A DNA stretch of 64,000 bases from Dysosmobacter sp. (GTDB taxonomy: Bacteria > Bacillota > Clostridia > Oscillospirales > Oscillospiraceae): NCBI RefSeq assembly GCF_034093755.1, contig NZ_JAXEBZ010000063.1:2261-66260 (forward strand). The letters run 5' to 3'. The notes below the pieces were generated by a model, which saw only the letters and a program-made list of their open reading frames with translations, searched no databases and had not been told where the DNA came from. Position numbers and translations under genes: made by a program. Shown one piece after another: positions 1 through 7,747 of this stretch (the stretch's first letter is position 1; every line of letters starts with the position of its first letter).

Positions 1-506
1 CCGGCAACACCGACAACTACGAGGCTGTTACTTACGAGGGCTACGGCCCCGGCGGCGTGGCCGTCATCGTGGAGGGCCTGACCGACAACCGTCAGCGCAC
101 CGCCCCTGAGATCCGCCACTATTTCGACAAGTGCAACGGCAACCTGGGCGCTCAGGGCTGCGTGTCCTGGTCCTTCGACAAGAAGGGCGTTATCGTCATC
201 GACAACGAGGAAGGCGAGCTGGACGAGGACACCGTGATGATGGACGCTCTGGATTCCGGTGCCGATGACTTCGAGGCCGACGGCACCATGCTGGAGATCA
301 CCACCTCTCCCGAGGCGTTCAACGACGTGGTGAAGGCCTTGGAGGAGAAGGGCTACACCTTCGCCAGCGCCGAGCTGGAGATGGTCCCCCAGAACTACAT
401 CACTCTGACCGCTGAGGGCGATGTGAAGAACATGGAGAAGCTCATCGACATGCTGGAGGACAACGACGACGTGCAGAACGTCTGGCACAACTGGGACAAC
501 GACTGA
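1..506 (+). CDS. yebC: YebC/PmpR family regulator (5'-truncated by window edge)
   Basis: Frame is open from base 3: YEAVTYEGYGPGGVAVIVEGLTDNRQRT ... LEDNDDVQNVWHN, hallmark YebC motifs. Confidence 0.95.
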   Translation, partial: GNTDNYEAVTYEGYGPGGVAVIVEGLTDNRQRTAPEIRHYFDKCNGNLGAQGCVSWSFDKKGVIVIDNEEGELDEDTVMMDALDSGADDFEADGTMLEITTSPEAFNDVVKALEEKGYTFASAELEMVPQNYITLTAEGDVKNMEKLIDMLEDNDDVQNVWHNWDND

Positions 507-562
507 GCAAACTTATCCGGAAGAAAACAAGCTGATTTTCGTTAAAACGAGCGTATTTCGTA

Positions 563-640
563 GAGATTGGGGTTAGGAAGTTTACTCCGAAAACCATTCG
601 GAGTGATCGGAATAATCTCAATCTCTTTTTGCACTTTTTT
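563..640 (+). terminator. Long hairpin plus U-tract, likely yebC terminator
   Basis: gagattggggtta...taatctcaatctc encloses an inner actccgaa/ttcggagt stem and is followed by ttttt. Confidence 0.5.
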
Positions 641-779
641 AAGGAAAAGTGGGAATCACAGACGGTCCCTTTCCGTGGCACGGCAATTCTCCATCTGTAC
701 GAAATACTTGCAGGACCGCAGTCATTTTTTGAGAGGAATTCCTGAAACTTACAAAACTGGTTAAATTTCGAAAAAAACC

Positions 780-808
780 TTGACAATATATATATAAATA
801 TATATCAT
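780..808 (+). promoter_or_regulatory. Sigma-A promoter of SLH-protein gene
   Basis: TTGACA(780)-17 nt-TATCAT(803) with an A-rich upstream tract. Confidence 0.75.
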
Positions 809-951
809 GGAACGTACGAAAGCCGTGCAATATGCTGATTCCGTATGTGTTATGTTGTTTTGAGGGGAAACATAATATGTGCATAAATACGAGACAGCAG
901 TCGGCACGGCGGGATTTATTTTTGATTCAACAGACGAAAGGAACGGGAACC

Positions 952-2355
952 ATGAAAAAGAAAATCATCAGTTTACTCCTGGCTGCTGTGATGCTGTGCG
1001 GTATTATGCCGACAGCATTTGCGGCAAGTGATGAAGCAACGGCTGCGGCGGAGGCGTTGTATGAACTGGGGCTTTTCAAAGGAACGGGCACCAATTCTGA
1101 CGGAACCCCGATTTTTGACCTGGACAAGACGCCCACCCGCAATCAGGCGATTATTATGCTTATCCGTCTGCTGGGCAAAGAGGAGGAAGCGCTTGAAGGA
1201 ACATGGAGCATCCCCTTTACCGATGTCACTGACAACATGAAGCCTTACATTGGCTATGCCTATACCAACGGTCTGACCAATGGTTATACTGCCACCACCT
1301 ACTGCGGCACAAATCCCATAAAGGCCAACCAGTATATCGCTTTTGTTCTCCGTGCGCTGGGGTATGAATCCGGTGCAGATTTCGAAGTAGCCACATCCTA
1401 CACGCTTTCCGACACTTTGGGGATTACCAATGGTGAGTATTCCGGCGCATCCGCGTTTACCCGCGGCGATGTGGCAATGATCTCCTACAAGGCGCTGTCC
1501 GCACCAAAAAAAGACGCGCAGCCTGACCCAGCTCCTGCTGTTCCTGAAGAGAAAACCCTTGATCTGCAGGGCTACTGGCTTGGCGTCAACAAAACTTCGG
1601 ACGGCTCACAGTTTATCGAGTGCTATCTTTTTAGTGGAAACGACTATTCCTGCGCTTACAGATGCTTTGATGCAAATGATAATCCGCTGTTCACAGCTTA
1701 CGAGGAAGGAACGTTCACCTTCGCCGACAGTGTTTTAACCCTGAACAAGACCGCGGAATATTTCTACGCAGAAAACTCCGCCAAGACGCAGACTTCTGCT
1801 GAGAAGAAAACAATGTCATATACCGTTGCCGAGTATGACGGGACCGTGGTTTTTAATAATTGGGGATATATTCGTTTTGACAAGACCGAAAGCACATATA
1901 ACCAGTTCAAAGATTATGTTATGGCGCATAACGAGTCTTCCGGTTCTGCGGTTTCTGCAAATTCTGCCGATTATGCTTATATCGCCGGCAATGTTTTCCG
2001 TGATATTCGACGTGAGCATCCCCATGCGGTTGCACAGTGCGCATACGTCTATGCTTATACTGATTTGAATGGTGATTTGTGCGTTCTGACAGATGTGCGG
2101 TATAAGATCGTCAGTAACTGGAGTGCTGTCGTACTTTACAATGTGACCAAGGGGACCCAAGTCACCGATCCGGTAGATTACTATGGGAAGCAGGCCAATC
2201 GGGCTTACGGTGCCAACAAAATCCACTACATGGAACTTCAAAACGAGGTACAGGGGAACCATGTTAAGATGCTGAGTGCCATGAGCAGTATGCTGAAGGG
2301 CGGCGCGAATACCTTTGGCGGCGTGTTTGTCGATGCCGCTGTCCTGAATCAATAA
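952..2355 (+). CDS. Secreted S-layer homology (SLH) domain protein with uncharacterised C-terminal domains
   Basis: Signal peptide MKKKIISLLLAAVMLCGIMPTAFA; SLH-like motifs GLFKG..FDLDKTPTRNQ, PFTDV, YIGYAYTNGLTNG, FTRGD; RBS aaagga before ATG 952. Confidence 0.8.
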   Translation: MKKKIISLLLAAVMLCGIMPTAFAASDEATAAAEALYELGLFKGTGTNSDGTPIFDLDKTPTRNQAIIMLIRLLGKEEEALEGTWSIPFTDVTDNMKPYIGYAYTNGLTNGYTATTYCGTNPIKANQYIAFVLRALGYESGADFEVATSYTLSDTLGITNGEYSGASAFTRGDVAMISYKALSAPKKDAQPDPAPAVPEEKTLDLQGYWLGVNKTSDGSQFIECYLFSGNDYSCAYRCFDANDNPLFTAYEEGTFTFADSVLTLNKTAEYFYAENSAKTQTSAEKKTMSYTVAEYDGTVVFNNWGYIRFDKTESTYNQFKDYVMAHNESSGSAVSANSADYAYIAGNVFRDIRREHPHAVAQCAYVYAYTDLNGDLCVLTDVRYKIVSNWSAVVLYNVTKGTQVTDPVDYYGKQANRAYGANKIHYMELQNEVQGNHVKMLSAMSSMLKGGANTFGGVFVDAAVLNQ

Positions 2356-2426
2356 GCGAGGAGATAGCTTTGAATCATTTGCGTTCCAAATGTGAAAGGT
2401 TGCTGTATTCATAAAACTGTGGTATT

Positions 2427-2455
2427 GGGAGCGGGAGCAATCCCGCTCCCTTTCC
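2427..2455 (+). terminator. Intrinsic terminator
   Basis: gggagcggga-gcaa-tcccgctccc-ttt. Confidence 0.7.
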
Positions 2456-2547
2456 TGTCTGTTCGCAGAAGTACGTCACCGATAAGGAATGACACCCTTG
2501 CTGTGAAAGCGGACGGTTTCCAATATCCCATTCCGTGGACAGAGTCA

Positions 2548-2576
2548 TTGCATTCGCTTTATCCGGGTGCTATACT
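2548..2576 (+). promoter_or_regulatory. Sigma-A promoter of lysR gene
   Basis: TTGCAT-17-TATACT with TG extended -10. Confidence 0.6.
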
Positions 2577-2650
2577 GCATCTGTACACAGTTTTGAGATA
2601 CGATCCCTCCGGAAGGGGAGCGGCCTGAAATCGACACATCGGAGATTGCT

Positions 2651-3583
2651 ATGACTTTTGATAACATTCGGTGCTTTTTAACCGCTGCGGAAGAGATGAA
2701 TTTCACCAGAGCGGCCCAGAAACTGTATATCAGCCAGCAAACACTGAGCGGACACATCGCGAAGATTGAAGAGGAATACGGCTGCAAGCTCTTCAATCGG
2801 ACTCCGCCGCTGTCCCTGACGCCGGAGGGGATCATCTTTCTGGAAAAGGCGCAGTCGCTGTCGAATATGGAGAAAGAATTGCGCAAGGAGCTGGTTGACC
2901 TGAGAGACTTCCAGAACGGCAACCTCTCCATCGGCATCACCCGCTCCCGCGGCAGTACCTATCTGACGCCGGTGCTGAGTAAATTCCACGAGATTTACCC
3001 GAATATCAGGCTGGAAGTGGTGGAGGGGTCCGTCAGCGAGATCGAGGAGGCCCTGCTCAAGGCGAAGGTGGATGTTACGGTTGGCTTTCCGCCGCAAAAC
3101 CGGAAAAACGTGGAGAGTCTGGTCATCACCAGGGAGCACGTTTCTGCAATCATCCCGCCCAGCATTATGGATTCCCAGCTGATCCAGTATAAATACAAAC
3201 TCCTGCCGGATGGACGCAAAGTGGATTGGATGCTCTTCAAGGATTGCCCCTTTGTCTCTGTGGATTCGAGGTTTGAAGCGGGCAAGCCCTTTGTCACCAT
3301 TTGCGAGACCCTCGGCATATCACCGCAGATTATATTGGAGACGAAAAGCGTGGATACGGCGCTGCAGTTCTGCCTGGCCGGTCTGGGAATCCTGGTCTGC
3401 CCCGAAGTATTTATCAACGCCTATAAGAATAAAACCAACAATCAGCCGTTTTACATCTATCCGTGGGATGACTCCCTCTCCAAGGATATCTGCGTCAACT
3501 ACTTGAAAAGCAAATACTGCTCCATGGCCACCAGAAAGTTTATCAGCATGATGATGAATGCGTATCAGGCCTCCAAGCCCTGA
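2651..3583 (+). CDS. LysR family transcriptional regulator
   Basis: N-terminal HTH NFTRAAQKLYISQQTLSGHIAKIEEEYGCKLFNR; 310 aa. Confidence 0.95.
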   Translation: MTFDNIRCFLTAAEEMNFTRAAQKLYISQQTLSGHIAKIEEEYGCKLFNRTPPLSLTPEGIIFLEKAQSLSNMEKELRKELVDLRDFQNGNLSIGITRSRGSTYLTPVLSKFHEIYPNIRLEVVEGSVSEIEEALLKAKVDVTVGFPPQNRKNVESLVITREHVSAIIPPSIMDSQLIQYKYKLLPDGRKVDWMLFKDCPFVSVDSRFEAGKPFVTICETLGISPQIILETKSVDTALQFCLAGLGILVCPEVFINAYKNKTNNQPFYIYPWDDSLSKDICVNYLKSKYCSMATRKFISMMMNAYQASKP

Positions 3584-3606
3584 CCCGCAAACGAAACCTG
3601 ATTCTC

Positions 3607-3642
3607 AAGCGCCCCGCACATTCCGTGTGCGGGGCGCTTTTT
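3607..3642 (+). terminator. Intrinsic terminator after lysR
   Basis: aagcgccccgcaca-ttccg-tgtgcggggcgc-ttttt. Confidence 0.8.
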
Positions 3643-3695
3643 CGTGTGCGTTCAGACGACTGGACAGGCAATATGACTGTCTGTTTTTTCTTTTT

Positions 3696-3715
3696 CAACA
3701 GGTGTTTGCCTGTTG
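3696..3715. promoter_or_regulatory. Palindromic putative operator upstream of amidohydrolase operon
   Basis: caacagg-tgtttg-cctgttg, with a related copy acagg...ctgt at 3664-3680. Confidence 0.45.
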
Positions 3716-3810
3716 CCCAACCCTGAATCCCTGTTAGACAATTAGCAAGCTAAAGTGTAAGGTTAGAACCATCCAAGCGTATTCCCGAAAACGTGTAAAG
3801 GAGATCAAAT

Positions 3811-5007
3811 ATGGAAACCATTTATATCACGGCAAAGCACGGCATTATCGGTGATGGCGAAAAAACCCTGTCCCCGATCTGGGTCGGTATTGACGGGGAT
3901 AAAATTACGTATGTGGACTCCATTAAGCCGGAAGCGGCCAACGAGCACAACACGACTGATATGGGCGAGTGCACGCTGACGCCGGGCCTCTTCAACCTGC
4001 ATGACCATGTGAACCGCAAGCAGCTGCGCTTTGACGCGGATCTTCCTCTGGGTGTCCGTTCCGCCCAGTTCATGGGGGAGACCAAGGAGTACATGCTGAT
4101 GCACGGCGTGCACAACATGAAGGAGATGCTGAAAGAGGGCATTACCTTTGTCCGGGACTTCGGTCTGGGCGGCTATACCGCGCTTACGCTCCGCCGCGCC
4201 ATCAAGGAGGGGCTGGTTCCGGGACCTGAAATGATTACCTGCGGCATGGACATCGTTCAGTCCGGCGGCCACTGCTACAAGTACGCAAAGGAAGCGGACG
4301 GCTGCGAGGAAGTGATGAAGGCGGTTCGCGAGGAGATTCGCGCGGGCGCTGATTTCATTAAGATGATGGCAAGCGGCGGTCTGGAGGCCTTCCCCCGGGA
4401 AGATCCCAAGTACCCCGAGTACACGCTCCGCGAGCTGCAGGCTGCCTCGGAAGTGGCCCATGACGCGGGATACAAGATTACCGCGCATGTTTACCCCAAG
4501 GAGGCCATCATGCGCATCCTGCAGGCGGATTTCGACTGCGTGGAGCACGGCGTTATGATGGATGACGAGTGCATTGAGCTGATGGTCAAGAAGGGAACCC
4601 CGCTGGTTCCGACCATGACCGGCGTCAAGGGCTCCTTCTTCATCAAGCCGGTTACCGCCCAGAAGAAGGCCAGCATTCCTCTGCTGGAGGAGCGAATCTG
4701 GGGTCCCCACGCCATCTCCGTGAAAAAGGCCATTCAGGCGGGTATTCCCGTCGGAACCGGCACCGACACCTACGGCTGGCTGGCCGACGAAATCCGCACC
4801 ATTGCGGAGGCGGCCGATCTGAACCCTGTTCAGGCCATCGCCCACGCCACCAGCATTTCCGCCAAGATTGTGGACCGCCCCGATCTGGGCCTCCTGGAGG
4901 TGGGCAAGCACGCCAACGTTGTCGCTTTCCCCGGCGACGTCACCAAGTCTCTGGACACCATCAGCAATGCCAGGCAGCTGTGGCTGCACGGAAAGCCTCA
5001 ACTGTAA
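3811..5007 (+). CDS. Metal-dependent amidohydrolase (prolidase-like/carboxypeptidase subgroup)
   Basis: PGLFNLHDH (HxH), GADFIKMMASGG (Lys), TAHV, VEHG, GTGTD metal-ligand motifs; RBS aaggag. Confidence 0.9.
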   Translation: METIYITAKHGIIGDGEKTLSPIWVGIDGDKITYVDSIKPEAANEHNTTDMGECTLTPGLFNLHDHVNRKQLRFDADLPLGVRSAQFMGETKEYMLMHGVHNMKEMLKEGITFVRDFGLGGYTALTLRRAIKEGLVPGPEMITCGMDIVQSGGHCYKYAKEADGCEEVMKAVREEIRAGADFIKMMASGGLEAFPREDPKYPEYTLRELQAASEVAHDAGYKITAHVYPKEAIMRILQADFDCVEHGVMMDDECIELMVKKGTPLVPTMTGVKGSFFIKPVTAQKKASIPLLEERIWGPHAISVKKAIQAGIPVGTGTDTYGWLADEIRTIAEAADLNPVQAIAHATSISAKIVDRPDLGLLEVGKHANVVAFPGDVTKSLDTISNARQLWLHGKPQL

Positions 5008-5022
5008 TAAGGAGATGAACGT

Positions 5023-6000
5023 ATGAATCGCAGAATTCTTCTTGAGTGGCCCGATCTGGGATTAAAAGCAACCGCGGAGCTTGCGGATGACAAGAACAAG
5101 GAGCTGTGCGATGACCTGTGGAACGCGCTGCCCCTGGACAGCATTATGAACAATGCCGTGATTACGGACGGCTCCATGTATTGCTGGCTTCCGCTGCTGA
5201 GCTTCGCCCCCATCCACTACAAGGAACGCATCGATCAGGCCCCCATCGGCCGTCTGCGGTATTCGCAGGGCACCGGAAACAAGCTGATTGTGCAGTATGC
5301 GCCCTGCTACGAGGATGTCAACGGAACCGTGCTGGGCGGAGTCATCCCTGAGGACATTGAAGTTGTGAAGAAGGTGGGGGAGAAGGCCCGCGAATCCATC
5401 TTCATGAGCAAAAAGGAGCTGCACATCCGGGTGAGCCGCGTTGGGGATGACAGCAATCAGGAACCGAAAAAGCCCTCTGTGATCCGTCCGGAAAACTGCA
5501 GCCCGGAGGTCACGGATCTGGTGGACCGCATTCTGGAAAAGGCTCTGGAGGCCACAAAGGCAGAGCCGGAGGAGAACAAGCTGGCCCGCACCGGCAAGGT
5601 GGCCGGCGTCGGCAGCTGCGGACAGTATTTCAGCACCTGGGAATTTGTCTACAGCCTGAGCCGCGATCTGTCCATGTACACGCTGTATCCCATTTCCCAT
5701 ATGTGCCATACGACGGATATGGATGTGCGGAGCCTGGAAACGGTTTATCTGGAAACGGAGCCCGGCTATACCGGTGTTTTGGGCAGCTACGGCCTGAAGC
5801 AGCTCCGGGAATTCTCGAAAGAAATCCGGGCGCTGATTGCGAAGCATACCCTCACGAGAGATGAGTTCCAATGCGTTGTTGACGCCTTTACCCTCTACAC
5901 CAATCAGGTGGCCGCCTGGGCCTATTTCTACTATCCCTGGGGCATTGGCACAGCCTGCTTCCGCTTTGCCGACGAGTATAAAACCTACGAGGCAAAATAA
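5023..6000 (+). CDS. Cucumopine synthase / McbB-like Pictet-Spenglerase homologue
   Basis: Cyclophilin-like N-domain (ILLEWPDLGLKATAEL..NKELCDDLWNALP; VQYAPCYE..G.VIPEDIE) plus helical C-domain (GS.GQYFST; AFTLYTNQVAAWAYFYYPW), matching recalled McbB motifs; Glu at residue 97. Confidence 0.8.
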   Translation: MNRRILLEWPDLGLKATAELADDKNKELCDDLWNALPLDSIMNNAVITDGSMYCWLPLLSFAPIHYKERIDQAPIGRLRYSQGTGNKLIVQYAPCYEDVNGTVLGGVIPEDIEVVKKVGEKARESIFMSKKELHIRVSRVGDDSNQEPKKPSVIRPENCSPEVTDLVDRILEKALEATKAEPEENKLARTGKVAGVGSCGQYFSTWEFVYSLSRDLSMYTLYPISHMCHTTDMDVRSLETVYLETEPGYTGVLGSYGLKQLREFSKEIRALIAKHTLTRDEFQCVVDAFTLYTNQVAAWAYFYYPWGIGTACFRFADEYKTYEAK

Positions 6001-6083
6001 GCGCTTCCCGCCTGCGTTTCCCGTATTCATGCGACGCAAAAGACCTGCATGCAATTTTGCGCGAAATAGAAAGGAGACTTCAT

Positions 6084-7139
6084 ATGAAAGCTACAAAACG
6101 CATCCTCTCCGCACTGATCGCCTCCGCAATGCTGCTGAGCCTTACGGCCTGCGGCGGTTCCAAGGCTCCCGCGGCGGCTTCCTCTGCCGCGCCCAGTGCC
6201 AGCGGCAAGGCTCCCGTCGAAACCGTAACCCTGAAGTTGGCCACGGAAATGGCCACCGGCACTCCGGAAGTCAAAGCCACCGAGATGTTCGCGCAGAATG
6301 TGTTCGACAAGACCGGCGGCGAAGTGAAAATTGAAATCTACGCGGACGGCCAGCTGGGTGAGCCGGCCACCGCCATTGAAAGCACGCAGCTGGGGAACAT
6401 TGATATCGTCATTCTTCCCGCCAGCGATTTCAAGAGCTATGACAGCATTTTCGGCATTGAGGCCATTCCGTTCCTGTACGCGGACAACGATTCCGTTTCC
6501 AAGGTTCTGAACGACAGCGGCGCCGCCGAAACACAGAAGAAGATTCTGGCCGACAACGGCCTGATCCAGCTGAACGAAGCCCGGAACTATTTCCGCGGAC
6601 CCTATCGTGTGCTGGCTTCCAGGGAGCCTATCCGTGAGATCAGCGATCTGCAGGGACTCCGCTTCCGCGCCTTCGATAACAAGAATTACATCACCGCCTA
6701 CGAGACGCTGGGCGCCAACCCGCTGGTCATTCCTTACAGCGAGGTGTATATGGCACTGCAGAACGGCACCGTCGATGCGGCCACCTGCACCATCAGCGCT
6801 CTGAAGGGTGAGAATTACACCGAGATCTGCAAGTATGTCACCTATATCAATGAGTACGTTTCCACCGTGTTCGTTCTGGCCGGCGAGAAGACCTACAATA
6901 AGCTCTCTGAAGAGAATCAGAAGATTCTGAAGGAGTGCGCCGATCAGCTTGGCCGTGACGTGTCGGCTCTGACGGATGAATCCCTGCAGGCAAACATTGA
7001 CGCCATGAAGGCCGACGGCGTCGAGTTCATTGAGATCGACACGACGCCTGCCCGCGAAGCGCTGAAGGATTTCTATTACGCGCTGGAGGCGGACGGAACC
7101 CTGCCCGCAGGCACCTGCGACACTGTTCTGGCCCAGTGA
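6084..7139 (+). CDS. dctP: TRAP transporter substrate-binding lipoprotein (DctP family)
   Basis: Lipobox LTAC; IEIYADGQLG, DLQGLRFRA, LGANPLVIPYSEVYMALQNGTVDA; RBS aaggag before ATG 6084. Confidence 0.93.
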   Translation: MKATKRILSALIASAMLLSLTACGGSKAPAAASSAAPSASGKAPVETVTLKLATEMATGTPEVKATEMFAQNVFDKTGGEVKIEIYADGQLGEPATAIESTQLGNIDIVILPASDFKSYDSIFGIEAIPFLYADNDSVSKVLNDSGAAETQKKILADNGLIQLNEARNYFRGPYRVLASREPIREISDLQGLRFRAFDNKNYITAYETLGANPLVIPYSEVYMALQNGTVDAATCTISALKGENYTEICKYVTYINEYVSTVFVLAGEKTYNKLSEENQKILKECADQLGRDVSALTDESLQANIDAMKADGVEFIEIDTTPAREALKDFYYALEADGTLPAGTCDTVLAQ

Positions 7140-7176
7140 TGTTCCCCAACCCTTTGAAGCATACCGTTTAGCGAGC

Positions 7177-7216
7177 AAAGAGGCACGCGGTTCAGCAATG
7201 CCGTCGTGCCTCTTTT
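7177..7216 (+). terminator. Intergenic hairpin after dctP (partial terminator or mRNA stabiliser)
   Basis: aaagaggcacg...cgtgcctctttt. Confidence 0.55.
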
Positions 7217-7255
7217 CGCAGAGCCGATGTGAATCAGAATGAAGGAGGTAGGATA

Positions 7256-7747
7256 TTGTACGACAGAATCATGAAAAAGATGTCCGAAGTCATGCTGCTG
7301 ATTGCCGCGATTTCCCTGATTCTCACAATCACGGTCAATGCGGTGGAGATTTTCAGGCGGTTTGCATTCAATGCAAGCTTTTACTGGATTCAGGACGTCA
7401 CGCTCCTTGGCATGATGTGGTTCATTTTCCCGGGCATGGTAATGATCTCTTATAAAGGCACGGATGTTTACGTGGACATTTTCATCAGCAGATTTCCGCC
7501 GAAGATCCGGGAGATCGTCCAGATCGTCAACGATGTGATGGTCATGGCCATTTGTTCGGTGCTCTTTTATTACAGCTGCCAGCTTTTGATCCTGCGCCTG
7601 GGCAAGAGCATGCTCACAAGCGAGATCCCGTATTTCTGGTATACGCTGGCGATGGTGATTGTGTTTTTGCAGCTGGCGCTGGTTTACTTCGGAAAGATTC
7701 TGAAAAGCGTGCAGAAGAAAAGATCGGCAGGGGGTGAGGCGTCATGA
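7256..7747 (+). CDS. dctQ: TRAP transporter small permease DctQ
   Basis: Four hydrophobic helices, ~160 aa, between dctP and dctM; probable TTG start after aaggagg. Confidence 0.88.
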   Translation: MYDRIMKKMSEVMLLIAAISLILTITVNAVEIFRRFAFNASFYWIQDVTLLGMMWFIFPGMVMISYKGTDVYVDIFISRFPPKIREIVQIVNDVMVMAICSVLFYYSCQLLILRLGKSMLTSEIPYFWYTLAMVIVFLQLALVYFGKILKSVQKKRSAGGEAS

